A DNA stretch of 64,000 bases from the human T2T-CHM13v2.0 reference genome, Homo sapiens, in assembly GCF_009914755.1 (NCBI RefSeq), contig NC_060925.1. One strand, written 5' to 3'. Position numbers and translations under genes: made by a program. The notes beneath the pieces are model-generated. The model was not told the DNA's origin. It saw only the letters and a program-made list of their open reading frames with translations, and did not search any database. The stretch's first letter is position 1; every line of letters starts with the position of its first letter. Positions 14,938 to 29,270 of this stretch are shown here, piece by piece.

Positions 14938-15362
14938 CAGATCTGAGTTTTATTTCAGATCTTGATTTGGAAGTCTTGGTTCATTTGAGGTGGCTCATTA
15001 CATCATTACGTAGGTAATGGTTGTATCATTAAAACATAATGGTTGTACCATTAAAACATGAGGGCTATACATAGTTCTCCTGGAACTGTGAAACAGTTGA
15101 GTGCTTATTGTGAGGGGTTTGTCCTCAAGAGCTTATATTGTGTTGTATTCTGTTAGGAGTCTTGATTTGTGTTTTAATAATGGTTTTGTAAGACTGAAAA
15201 GTGCTTAAGTTGAGTGTCCCAGAGGGCAAACCCTTTTCATAAGCAACCTCAGTTTTCTGCCTGTAAAGGAGGAGTAATAGTAATAATGTTAAGAATAGTA
15301 AATTAAATTAAATTAAATTAAATTAAGTGAGATAATATATTGATGTTAAGAGAGACAAATCT

Positions 15363-15515
15363 GGCTGGGCATGGTGGTGCACATCTGTAGTCCTAGCTAC
15401 TCAGGAGTCTGAGACGGGAGGATTGCTTGAGATAAGGAGTTCAAGGCTGCAGTGAGCTATGCTCACACCACTTCACTCCAGCCTGGGCAACATAGTGAGA
15501 CACCGTCTCTGAAAA

Positions 15516-15540
<25 letters not shown>
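15363..15540 (+). mobile_element. Free Alu monomer (FRAM-like) with (GA)n tail, inserted in a MIR
   Basis: TSD agagacaaatct on both sides; MIR sequence resumes at ~15555. Confidence 0.82.
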
Positions 15541-15546
<6 letters not shown>

Positions 15547-16004
15547 CAAATCTGGATTCAAATCTCAGCTCTGCCTCTCATTACCTGTATGAGTTTGGCA
15601 GATCACTTAACCTCCCAAAGCTTGAGTGGCCTCAGCTAAAAAGTGAGGGTAAGAATAACTACTTCATAGGATTATTTTGAAAGCTCCTGGTTTGTAATAG
15701 AGACCTGACAAATGTTAGTGTTCCTCCCATTTCTATTATGTCTTTTAAGCCTTCTCTGTTTTGCCATGAGTAGGTTACAGAGCCACAGCTTTGCAACATA
15801 ATTGTTACAGCTTGGGGCAGTCATAATTTATAAATTGAGATGACAATTTGAGAATAGGAAGGACTCAACTGACCCACCTGAAATATAATATCTGAGAGGA
15901 ACCAACCAGATACTTATAAAATCCTTTGTGTGCCTAAGATGAAGAGCAACCCAGCTGTCTGTGTGCCTTTGTGTGTGTGAAAATATTGATCTCCTGAAAC
16001 TCAC

Positions 16005-16756
<752 letters not shown>

Positions 16757-17651
16757 CTCACCTTTGCCATTTGGTGTCTGAAAATTTATTCTGTGGTTCT
16801 GAGTTGGATCCCCAAGCTGAGAGTACTTGGGAAGGGTGAAGGCATGGCAGTGGGGCCCCCTGATCTTTGATTTTGGCCTTGATGATATTGGGGGCCATCC
16901 TACACTGGCAGGCCAGACATGACCAATAATTATAGTTTTTTGTTATAATTGTTGTGTACCCCAGATGGAAATTCTTGACTATAAGACTGAGAAACAGCCA
17001 TGTCTCTTGAACAAGACAGTAAACCCAGGTGTCATAGGTATGGTGTGCTGGAAAGAAAGTGTAGTGGAAACAAGATGGGGGTGGGGACAGACCATTCTGG
17101 GTGAACTCTACCACTTACCAGTTATATGATCCTGAATTTCTCTGAGCCTCAGTTTAATTCTCATAGTTAATGTTGAGGTAATAATGTCTAGAATTAATTG
17201 ACATGAATGAGTTTCCTGTATGTGGACATGTCTGACTTATATGTCCCACTTTTGACAAAATAGCTATAAAATGTATAAACATATCATTTTGGAGACTACC
17301 TGAAGGCTTATTCTAGTTACAACCAATTCCTAGATCTAACAGTTATCTTGGGACTTCAGGTATCTTTATCCCAGATCCGAATGGATGGTGACTGCACTCC
17401 CTAGTTGGGCCAGTTTTAAATCCCTGTCTCTAGGTGTCATGGGTGTCATGAGCAGCAGAGGGATGATCATCACTGAATTGTCCTGACCCATCAGCCTCTT
17501 GGTCTCTGCACCAAGATGCGCAGGTACTTTGTCTGGGTCTTACTAAACCCAACCACTCAATTCCTCATGTTAACAAGTTGTAATGATTTTATTGCTTTAG
17601 TTCTTTAGAGTAGAATAGTATCCTTGATAGCCATCTCAAGCTTTGTTCATG

Positions 17652-17954
<303 letters not shown>

Positions 17955-19502
17955 TGAGCGTGATATTGAAAGTAGATTCCAAATGATCAACTCTCTAGAA
18001 GCTCCTTATTAATTATAAATATGTTTGATACCTGTGTGAAACTTATCCTTTAATTAGTGACATAAGGTTGATGTTTCTTAAATATTTTAGGTATCGACTG
18101 CACGCAAATATCACCAGACCACACACACACAAATATGACGTTTAAATGTTTATGGCCTATAAATTGACAGACAGTTTGACATAGAAAAGCCAAAATGTTT
18201 AATTTAGGTCCCTGTCTCTACCTTAAATTGAGCTATCTCCTTATAGACGTTTAAAGCACCTGAATATGATTATTTTTTCTGTTTTCTTCTCCAGATCTTT
18301 AATGCTGTCCCACCAGATAGCAATGGGGTCACAATACCAGCAAGTTCCAGTCAGGATTCAGCTGGTGAAGGGGCAATTATGTTAAGCATAGGCCAAAAAG
18401 TTATCTGGGAAGTGTTTAGTCAACAAGTGGTCCCAGTATAATAGCTGGTGACTGGGTGGCCTTGAAGCTGAGTTTTTAGCATATTGGCTGGGGGGCTGAA
18501 AGTGAGTCCCAGCCCACCCCACCCATAGAGAGATCTCTTGCTCATTTCAGACCTGCTCATTGGAGTAGCTGCTTGCTACCAAGAGCCAGAAAAAAGAAGC
18601 CCAAGACTTGTTTCTTGCCCTCTTGCTCTGACATCATGTTCTAAAATTATGACGCAAAATGATACTTTCCATAGCATTGTCTAAATTTGGGAGAGATGAG
18701 ACTCTTGCTTTGGAGGAAGCATGGGAAGATGAGACAGATGGTGGGTGCTGATAGGACCTGGAATTTGGTGTGAGCAGGTTGTGAGTAACAAGAAGAGATA
18801 ACATCACCTAGCCTTCTGTGCTGTCAGCCAGCGTCAGCCACCCAGCCTGGGTTTCTGACCATTCCCAGTATCCCCAGGTTATAAGAAGGCAGCCACTACA
18901 AAAACCCACATACAAAATATTTATCAGTGAATTTATCAGTATTGGCTGCAGGAAGCTAGACTACATTAATCAGGGTGAGGTCAGCTCTAGGAGGTGCTTT
19001 CATTGACATTTCAGGGGTAAATAGCTGACAGGACCTGAACCCAAATTCCCCTGGGTCTTTTGTTAACCAAATGAGCACAGGTTCCATCCTGTCAGGAGCT
19101 TCTGCAGCCTTGGCTAGACCAGACAGGGATCTGTTCCAGGCTCTAGCCCCTAGCTGTGTCCTCCAGAATCCATAAGCCCATCAATGGACCTGGGGCCCCA
19201 GGGCTTTCATGCTTTCACAACCAGCACACCTCCTTGTCTTGGGTTTTGGGCTACAAAAGAGGCAAAACAAAGCAGTCCAGGACCACTCAGACATGGCCTT
19301 CCCAGTGGCCTTTCTTCTCAGGAGACTGTCACTCTCAGAGCCCACTCTGAGCTTTGCAGCCCCTGGGCAACAGAAGGTTACGGGAGGATTATCAAAGGAT
19401 TAGGGGGCTCTGCTGAGTGAGCATGTACAGGGTGCTTTCTGCAAGAGTGATTTTTCTGAAACAGTCCTGATCATGCCACCCCTCTATAACTCCATGTCTC
19501 CT

Positions 19503-19698
19503 ACAGCTGTGTTTGGAAAAGTGTCACCCAACAATCCCCTGCATCAAACTCACCCTGGGAAGGGAGGGATTATCAACCTGCAGACTCCTGGGTCCACTCT
19601 CTGGCCATTGAATCTGAATTTCTGCATGCAGGGTTCAGGACCCTACAGTTAAAACAAGCTCTCCTTGTGATTTTATGTTCATGAAAGTGTAAGAGTCA
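19503..19698. mobile_element. MER5A-like hAT-Charlie MITE within L2 remnant
   Basis: tgcagactcctgggtcca...tgaatctgaatttctg...aacaagctctccttgtgatt. Confidence 0.6.
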
Positions 19699-22193
19699 AA
19701 GTACACCACAAGCTAAAATCCAAATGGCTTAGCTTGGAGTACAAGGTGCACCAGCACATAGCTTGACTGGTTTCTATCTTCCCTGGAAGCACCTACCAAA
19801 CACACATCTCCCCACTTCTAGCCATACTGATGCATCTCAGAGAACTTGCCAGGGTCTCTCTATCACTCCCATGCTGCTCCCATTCTTAGAGTACTCTCTC
19901 TACCATTCCCCTCCTCTCCTTACTCTTCCCCCTTGTTATTCTGTTAGTCTTCTTAACAGTGAGTTTAGTCATCATCTCCTTTGGATCAGGCATGCCTCCA
20001 CTTCCTCCCTCTTAGTGAAACTCACCCTGAATCATAACACTGGATATTTGCCTTTCTCCCCATGGGACATTGAGCCCTGCAAGATTGGGAATTGTGTCTT
20101 GTCCTTGGTTTCTCAGTGCACTCTATGCTTCTCGACCCATAGTAGGGGCTCAGAAACAGGTGAGAGCTAACAAAGATCTTCAGTTAGAGATACCAGAGCT
20201 TTGAGTCTATTTGGGTTGGTATGTCTTCTTAACAAAACCTGAATATTGGTGGTTTTAAATTCTGGTCGCTAAAGGACAATAAAATTAATAAAAGAAATAA
20301 ACCCAAGATATGAGATTAACTGTGTACATTTAACTAAAGATTAAGTTAGGTATAACATACGGAACAAATTACAAATAGAGGTACCACCACAGTATGTCCC
20401 TGTTCTAACTCTGCAAAACCACCCACCTGAGGCTGGGGTTGGACTGGTGGGGGTGGCAGATGGGTGGGCTACCACTGGGAGTGAGGGAACCCAGGGCCTG
20501 AAACTAAGACATGTACCTCACCCCAGGACTTTGAAGGAGAAAGGAGAGAGGTCTGAGTGGGCATTTGTCGGCGTACTAAGGGTCAGTGCTCCTAAGATCA
20601 AGTAAAAACCATACCAAGTCTTAAAGGTAGGAATTAGAGTAGGGGCCACAAACAACACCATCAGTGAGGGTCAGGGGTCAGACAAAAACTGGGCCAAGAA
20701 TGGGGAAGAGTTTGGGAAAGGTATAGCTGGTATGCTCCCACCAGCTCTTGGGAGGCTTGGCAGGCTATGCCATGAGGCTTTATAATGAAGGCCTTGTTTT
20801 GGGCTGTCAACCAGAGGGAAGTTGTGGGTGCTGGTGAGTGTTCATGGCAATAGATACCTATGGAAGGGTGGGCATGTGGGCATGGTAGGCAGGAACTCCT
20901 TGACAAGATTCTCCCCAGTCTCCTCTCTCTGCTATTAACCAAGGCTTTCATGGCTTAAAAACAGGCCAGCACCCCTCCCTCTGCTCTGGTCAACCATATG
21001 TAGCCCCTTTTTCATCTCTTGCTCTCCCAAAATAAACTCAGATCACGAAATGGTGCGCCCATGAGTTTGCACGTTTGAAACTTTATTAACACTCCTGAAG
21101 TTCTTTCTTTTTGCAGAAGCCTCTGATAGAAGATGCAGTTTCCCTAAACAGCCAGCTTCTGTTACCTTGGCAGACCTTTTAACCTTAACCTGACAAGAAG
21201 CTTGTGTCCGCCTCCCTGTGTTAACTGTCTTTTTCCAGAATCCCAGGGTGTGTCAGCAGCAGAGTGTTTATTCCAAATGGCTCACCATGCATGTTTCTTT
21301 AGCTTTCTTACATCCTTTTGTTTTATTATTTTCAGCTTGGCCTGTATTTGCCATTTTTTTCCACTTCATCAAAAGGTTGAATGAAAGGATGTCTATTCAT
21401 CAGATTTCCATGGAACCATGCCATTAGGGAGTATTGTGAAGGCAAGTTGTCCTGGCTCCCCACCTCCGTCCTGGCCCCGCTGCTCTCTGCTTGGCTGTGT
21501 ATGCACAGCCCTGCGGGTGCCTGCCTCCAGGTGGGAACCACTCCCGGGCTCTCTGCATATGGCTTCAGCATTGTTTCAACCCCCTTCTCCATCCTACCTT
21601 GCTGTTACAGTCCCAAGATTTGTTTCTCACTAGTGTTTTAGGTCCTGCAACTGCACTGTGTTTTTGAGAAGAGAGTCTGACATGTATACGCAGTACATGC
21701 CATTTGGCCTTTGCTTGATACCTGTCTGCTCCTCTGCTGTTCTTTTTAATTAAAAGGGAGAGAGGTATGTATGCGGGCTGGAGCAGGACTGGGGCCGTTA
21801 AGACTTGAGCCTGGTCCTGGCTCTGGCATTCAGTTTCCCTCTGACCTCAGGCAAGTTCCCTAAACCTTGGCTTTTTTATGGGCTTTAGTGAGTAGCCTGG
21901 CTGTTTCTTGGAAAACATGTTAAATATGTTGAAAATGCTAAATATTGAAAATACTTTCTCAGCTGCATCCTTTGGCAAATTCCAGATTCCTTCCTATCCC
22001 TCTTTGGTTTTGCAAGATCCAAGGTCAGATATCCTAGTTTCCCTCTGCCTAAGCCTCTTCAGTTAGCTGGCCCAGTTTTCAGGGAAATAGGAATATGAGG
22101 CATAGACATTCATTAATTGTAGCTGTTAAAATTCCCAAGCAAATCCAAGTAGAATGTGGTTATGAAAGCCAAGGCCTGTTGCCAAAGAAAGAT

Positions 22194-22194
22194 T

Positions 22195-22228
<34 letters not shown>

Positions 22229-22245
22229 ACGTGCATGTGCGTGCA
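22194..22245. repeat. (TG)n(CG)n alternating purine-pyrimidine microsatellite
   Basis: Direct reading. Confidence 0.9.
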
Positions 22246-22809
22246 TTGTGGGATATGTGCTTGTTATATAACTTCTGATCCTTGATCCCTGGATGTTATC
22301 CAATGAGTAGCTGGTTGGATTTGGGGCTTAACATGGCTTGGGAGCTGTTTGGAGCCTTGGTGGGAACTAGATGACTCTGTGTTGTCTCAATCCTGCTGTG
22401 TAAATAGTCTCTTTCCCTGATCCATCTGCCACAGCCCAGCTGCTTTTCAGCTCCAGTGATCCTGCTTACTGATTCTCCTAGAGACAGAGATCTGAATGGT
22501 CGGTGAGGAGCCCATCCCAGGCTGGCAGGAAGGATTCTGGGCACTCCGGGGACATCTTTAATGGACTGTACCATAAGATATTTTCAGTGTGGGACTTCCA
22601 AGCGTGCTCTGTCAAGGAACTTTAACATCCTGTGCAGCTGCTTGAGTTCTCTGGAGAGAGCTGTCCGTCCCACCTGAGCTGAGTTCCCTTCCCCCTCTAA
22701 GCTAAGCTCCTTCCTCAGAGCTGACCCAGGGCCCACTGCTGCCGCCAGTGCACAGGGGCCTGCAGGCCTGTTACAGCATTGGCTTAGTCTGGAAGGTCAT
22801 ATATCTGGC

Positions 22810-23272
22810 TGTTGTATGAATAAAAAATAGTATTTTCATCCTATCACTTAAGTTACCCAAGCTCAGCTGCTGTAGCTAGAGACCCTCACTAACTTGGGCC
22901 ACCTAGTGGTCTAAGGGGACTGTGCTGCAGTCCTGCTCCACACAAACGCTCAGGGACCCAGAGTCCTTCCATCTTGTGGCTCTACTATCCTGAGTCCTTG
23001 AGGCTGTTTCCATGGTCGAAACTGGGTTACCATAAATCCACATGTCATATGGCAGAGTTGGGGAAGACAGCGTGGAGGGGCAATGCTTCTTGGACTTTGG
23101 ACACATCCTTTCTACTCTGTTCTGCTGGAGAAAACTTAGTGACAAGGCCACACCTTACTATGAGCTTGAGAAATGTAGCTCTTACCTGGGCGACCACCCA
23201 CCAACTTATTACTCTGTTACTGTGGAAAAAGAAAAGAATGGATTTGGATGCATAGCTAGCGGCATCCCTACA
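22810..23272 (-). mobile_element. Old MLT1 (J/K-like) MaLR LTR
   Basis: ccttccatcttgtggctct, acttagtgacaaggccacacc, gagaaatgtagctc motifs. Confidence 0.6.
22894..22912 (-). promoter_or_regulatory. Candidate CTCF binding motif
   Basis: Minus strand reads GACCACTAGGTGGCCCAA, matching the core CCACYAGRKGGC. Confidence 0.5.
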
Positions 23273-23329
23273 TTACATCCTTATAAATCATTCAGATACT
23301 TTGTGAATTGTGAATTCAAAGCCTGTTGT

Positions 23330-23500
23330 CAGCCGGCTTCAAGGGTATGTGGCCTGTTTAGTTGCACAGGATTCTACACTCATAGGGCTCTGCATTTGAT
23401 TTAATGCTCTGTTACTGCCTTCTTGAAAGTCTAATTTTTTTAACAAGGTGACCACATTTTCATTTTGCACTGGGCCCCACAGATTACGTAGCCCGTTCTG
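23330..23500. mobile_element. MER91-like hAT MITE
   Basis: ttttcattttgcactgggccccacagattacgtagcc end motif. Confidence 0.6.
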
Positions 23501-23804
23501 TCTGCTCTTTCCCAAATTAACATTTTTGTTCTACCCAATTCAGTATTTAATGAAAATACATTTTATAGCAAGATACCATGAAAGATCATGTGAGGGATGC
23601 AAAGATGAGTAAAATTCAATATCAGAGATCTTGCAGTCCAGTAGGGAGCTGGGAGAAGTGAAGTAAGTTGTCATTCAGAAGAGTTGTGCACATATGGCTG
23701 TGAATATTCATGGGAATGAAGGCAGCTTCTGCTTGATGGTGATGTTGGCAGGGGTGGTGGCTGGTGGTGTAAGATATTTGCTCTGGGTAGAATATTTTAA
23801 TTTT

Positions 23805-23943
23805 TATTTCTATTTATTTAATATATTGTAAAATATTTGTAGAGATGGTGTCTTGCCATGTTGCCCAGGTTGATCTCAAACTCCTGGGCTCAGGCGATTC
23901 TCTCAAAGTGCTGGGATTACAGGCATGAGCCACAGTGCCCAGC
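23805..23943 (-). mobile_element. Alu left monomer fragment (FLAM-like)
   Basis: tagagatggtgtcttgccatgttgcccagg...gagccacagtgcccagc. Confidence 0.75.
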
Positions 23944-24327
23944 AGGGATATAATATTTTTAAAGGAACCATTTCAAGCATATAAAAATATAGAGAATAAT
24001 CTTAAAAATATCTGTGTGCCCACCACTTTTTTTGTCAATTCTTAACGTATTGCCATGTTTGTGTCACATATTTTTAAGAAATTTAAATATTACAGATACA
24101 GTTGAGCCTCCTTTGTAGCTCTCTCTGATCTCATCCCCTTCTTTCCCTGCCTAGGAACAGACAATCAATTCCTGAAGTTGGTGTTGATAATCCTCATGCA
24201 TGTCACAATATTTTTTTTTTTACTATATACACATGTATCTATAGTATTTAGTATTTTACGTTTTAAATTTTATAAAAATTGCACCATACTTCACTTATTA
24301 ATTCAGCAAATACCTTATTGTTTAAAT

Positions 24328-25435
24328 AATTTCAACTTTTATTTTACATTTAAAAAGTATATGTGCAGGTTTATTACATGGGTGTATTGTGTGATGCTGA
24401 GGCTTAGGGTATCATTGGTCACATCACCCAGGTGGTGAGCATAGTATCCAATAGTTAGTTTTTCAACCCTTTCCCCCTTCCCTCCCTGCCCCCTCTAGTA
24501 GTCCTCAGTGTCTATTATTATTATGCCATCTTTAGGTCCATGAGTACCCAATGTTTAGCTCCCACTTATAAATGAGAACATGTGGTTTTGGTTTTCTTTT
24601 GCTTTTTAATTTTCTTAAGATATTGGCCTCCAGCTGCATTCATGTTGCTGCCGAGGACATAATTTTGTTCTTTTTTATGGCTTCATAGTATTCCATGATA
24701 TATATATATATATATATATATCACATTTTCTTTATCCAGTCTACTGTTGATGGGCATCTAGGTTGATTCCATGTCTTTGCTATTATAAATAGTGCTGCAG
24801 TGAACATATGTGTGCATGTGTCTTTTTGGTACAATGACTTATTTTCTTTTGAGAAATAAATCATTCTGGATGATTTATTGGGACTGCTGGGTCAAATGGT
24901 AGTTCTAAGTTCTTCGTGAAATCCACAGTTGCTGAACTAACTTACATTCCCACCAACGGTGTATAAGTGTTTCCTTTTTTCCAGTCTCACAGCATTTATT
25001 GTTTTTTGACTTTGTAATGATAGCCATTCCGACTGGTGCGAGATGGTATCTACTTGTGATTTTGATTTGCATTTCTCTGATGATTAGTGATATTGAACGT
25101 TCTTTCACGTGTTTGTTGGCTGCTTGTATGTCTTCTTTTGAGAAGTGTCTGTTCATGTCTTTTGCTCACTTTTTAATGGGATTGTTTTTTGCTTGTTGAA
25201 TTAAGTTCCTTATAAGTTCTGTGTATTACACTTTTGTCAGACGCATAGTTTGTGAATTTTTTCTCCCATTCTGTAGGTTGTCTGTTTACTCTGTTGGCAA
25301 TTTCTTTTGCTGTATAGAAGTTCTTTAATTTAATTAGATCTCACTTGCCAATTTTTGTTTTTGATGCAATTGCTTTTGAGGACTTAGTTATAAGTTATTT
25401 CCCAGACGAAGTCCAGAATGGTGTTTCCCAGGTAG
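24328..25435 (-). mobile_element. 5'-truncated L1 (L1PB/L1MA-type): 3'UTR and ORF2 end
   Basis: ORF 24905-25156 ([16 protein letters not shown]...IREMQIK) is L1 ORF2 C-terminal homology; (TA)n at ~24699-24721. Confidence 0.9.
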
Positions 25436-26015
25436 GAAGTACTTTATTAACTACTATAGCCAAGTATTGTTTTAGGCATTGGAGATACAGCCATAAAAAA
25501 TAAATGAAAATTTATTCTCTGTATTCCAGAGGGGCAGAGAGACAATAAGCAAGATAAATAAATAAAAACGTGGTATGTGACAAAGTGACAACTACTAACA
25601 ATATAAGAAAAAGCAGAGAAGGGAATATGACATGAGGATGGCTGTAGAGGAAATCAAAATTTTCCTTAGAGTGGCCATGGAAGATCTTGCTGCCATTATA
25701 TATTTTTACTAACATTATATTTTGAGACTTACCCATTTCTAGTTCATTTTCATTACTACATAACATCCATTGCATGAACAGGTCATACTTTATTTACTCA
25801 TTTTCTCTTGATTAGCATTCAGATTGTTTTTAATATTTTGCTTTTATAAACGAGGCTGCAAGGAACACACCTGAGCATCTCCTCCTGTGCACATGTCCAG
25901 TTTCTCTAAGACAGAGTAGACCTAGAAGAAAGGTTTGAGCCAGTGGACATGCACATCTTTAACTTAACTAGATGTTGTCAAATGCTGTCCAAACTGGTCC
26001 TATCCACGGACATTC

Positions 26016-26560
26016 TGCAGTAAATGGTTATCATAGCAGACCCGAAGCTGCTGTTTTTAGAAGGGCCTGCTTGCAAGGCTAGCCCTTAGCTGGCATCTGG
26101 GAACTTGGGTTTCTGGAGTGTTCCTATTGTTCTTTAATGAATAAGCATGGCTTACTGTGCCTAGACTGTGCAAACAATGTGGTTCATGCTGAGCCCTTCC
26201 TTTCCTCCTGGGAGACTGGAATTTTGAAACATGCTAGTTAAAGTGTGCTTATGTGACACAATAAAAACCTTGGGTACCAACTCTCTAATGGGCTTCTCTG
26301 GGCAGAAGCATCACATACCTGTTGCTGCATTTTCACCACTGGGAAATGAATGTACTCCATGTGATCCCTCATGGGAGGGGGAAAGCATACAGGAGCCTAT
26401 GCATGGATCCCACCAGATCCTTTCCATGTTTTCTTCCTGTATGATCCAGCTGTGTATTCTTACTCCATTGCTGTAATACATCTTAGACATGAGTACAATT
26501 ATATGCTGAATCTTCTAAGTCTTCTTCTAATCTTCACACATGTCCACTAGTAGGGAGAGT
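26016..26560 (+). mobile_element. MER68-family LTR within an older L1M
   Basis: ttagaagggcctgcttgcaaggctagcccttagctggcatctgggaacttgg matches recalled MER68 start. Confidence 0.7.
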
Positions 26561-27011
26561 TCCCAATTCATGATGATGACAGATTTGGTAGCATTCATCT
26601 TTCTGATTTTTGCCAACCTAATAGGTGTGAAATAGTATCCCGTTGTTATTTGGATTTTTATTTCCTTGATTACTAGTGAGGCTGTGCATCTTTTCACATG
26701 CTTAGTGACTATCTGAGTTTCCCCTTCTGTGAAGTGTCTATTTGTATTCTTTGCTCATTTGTCTTTTTGGTTATTTGTCTTTTTTACATCTATCAGAATA
26801 CTAATTCTTTGTTCATTATGTACACTGAAAATAATTTCTTCCTGTCTGCAGTCTGTCTTTATTTTTTAGAGTGTGTTTTGTTTTGTGTATGTTTTTCATT
26901 TTAATGTGCTCAAATTGATGAATCTTTTCCCCTACGGAGTGTGCGCGTGTGTGTGTGTGCGTCTGTGTATGTGTGTGCGCACATGCGCATGTTTTGTTAT
27001 GTGTCTTTGGA

Positions 27012-27290
27012 GAGGCTGTATGGAGTAGTGAGTAAGAATATAAGCTCTGGAGCCAGACCATGTGGGTTTAAATCCCAGCCCCACGGCTTACTGTGCAGTT
27101 TCGGTCAAGTTTACCTCTTTGGGTTTCCATCCATTTATCTGTCGAATGGAGATAATTACAGTTCCTGCTTATTAGGTAGTTGTAAGGATTATGTAATTAA
27201 ATATATAAAGTGCTTAAAACAGTCCCTGGCACATAGTTGACTCATTAGTGCCATGAGTCCCTGGCACTCATTAAGTGTTAGCAACCAACA
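27012..27290 (+). mobile_element. MIR, near full length
   Basis: gctctggagccagacca...gggtttaaatcccagc...gtaaggattatgtaattaaatatataaagtgcttaaaacagt. Confidence 0.8.
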
Positions 27291-27425
27291 TTATTAAGAA
27301 AACTTTTCTTAACACAATGAAAACAGTATCTTATGTTTTCTTCTAAGGATTTTCCACTTTGGTTTTTCAAAAGTGGTCTTGGGTACTCTTCTTTTCCCTC
27401 TTCTGTTTCCTTTCTTTCTGAGTAA

Positions 27426-27738
<313 letters not shown>

Positions 27739-27779
27739 GAGTAAATCATTCTTAAGGCTCTTAGGTGTTAGGGAGCCGG

Positions 27780-29270
27780 GTAGGTGCCCAGGTAGGGCTG
27801 AGGGGAGCCTCAGGGGCTGTGAGCAGGTGTAAGAGCCCAGGCGAGGCAAGGAGGGCGTCTGTGTAGGAAGGTGGCCTGGTGTGGAAACCAGACCCCAGGC
27901 AGGGTGAGGAGGGTATCTATGTGCTGGAGTGGCCCAGGGTGGGGAGTCAGAGCCTGAGCAGGGGGGGAAGTGTGGGTGTCAGAACCCCGGTAGTGTCAGG
28001 TGAGATTCTTGTTGGGGAAGGTAGGCAGGAGGACAATGGTGGAGATGGGAGATGTGTTATATCCAGAGGGATCGATCATATAAGTAAATGTGTGTATAAA
28101 TATCTTAAAGATATTGGGAGCCAATTTTTAAGGGAAGGGAGCTGAAAATGTGGAAAGAAAAAAATGAAAGTAAATGCTGTGATGTATTGGAATTGGAGGT
28201 ATCAGCATAACCTCACGATTGTTGATGTATACATTAATATATAGAGAAATAAATATAGATATGACTGTATATATATCTATTCTCTATCTATACATATGTA
28301 CATACATACATACATACATATTCTCTAATTGTCCACTAAGAGAGCCTAGATGTTGGCTTCTGAATAGTATTTTCCCTAAAAAGAACCAGGGCCCTTGGGG
28401 AAATGGGTGATTCCAGATTGGGAAATGGCAAGATAAACCTGGAATATCTTGTTGTGCCAGAAAGCAGGTAAGTGCTCAAAGAATGATGTGAAACACATCA
28501 AAAGGACACAAGAGCCATTTGATGGATTTCTACTAGCTAAATAAGAGACAAATTGGACATTAAGTTAAATAGTAAAGAATTAAACCCATTGAATAAAATA
28601 GGAAGCCATGAATTCATAAATACGTATAAATAAATAAAATTCTTGTTAATTACAAAGGAAAAGAGAATCATCTTATGGAAGCCTGCAGACACCTCCGTAA
28701 TCAAGTGATTAAAGTGAACATCATTAGTAATGGGTCAAATTGAAATTGCACGCCATCTAATAGGATGCAATGAAATGAAAGAACACAGTATCGCTTCTGA
28801 GATATTCCTGCCAAAGATACATAACATAAATCTCATTATGAGGAAACATCAAACATGCCCACATTGAAGAACACTAAAAAATAACTGACCTGTCATCGTT
28901 AAAAGACTGAGGAGCTGTTCCAAACTAAAGGAGATCAAAAAGACCTGTCAACTCAATGCAACATGTGATTCTGAACTGGATCCTTTTGCTATAAAGGAGG
29001 AGGTTATTGGGATAATTGTTGAGACTTGAATGGGGTCTGAGGATTAGATGGTAGTGATGTTAATTTACTGCTGTTGGTGGTTGTATTGTGATCATGCAGG
29101 AGAATGCACTTGTTTGTAGGAAATATACAAACTATACAAACTATGAGGCTTCAGGTTGGCAGTTTTTTGTCAAATGATTGAAGAGAAAATTCTATTATAC
29201 TTGCAACTTTCTTGTAAATTTGTGATTGTTTCACAATTTAAAAATTATTACATAAAAATGACTTCTTATT
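27780..29270 (+). mobile_element. L1MC4-like 3' region
   Basis: aatcaagtgattaaagtgaacatcattagtaatggg...ttgcaactttcttgtaaatttgtgattgtttcac; homologous copies at 58700-60080 and 45115-47445. Confidence 0.7.

Noticed and set aside
15016-15060. 22-bp tandem duplication (taatggttgtaYcattaaaaca x2)
   Set aside because: Ordinary slippage duplication with two copies; not a CRISPR-like array.
24905-25156. ORF resembling a reverse-transcriptase-associated protein
   Set aside because: Decayed L1 ORF2 C-terminal fragment in a truncated element; not a gene.
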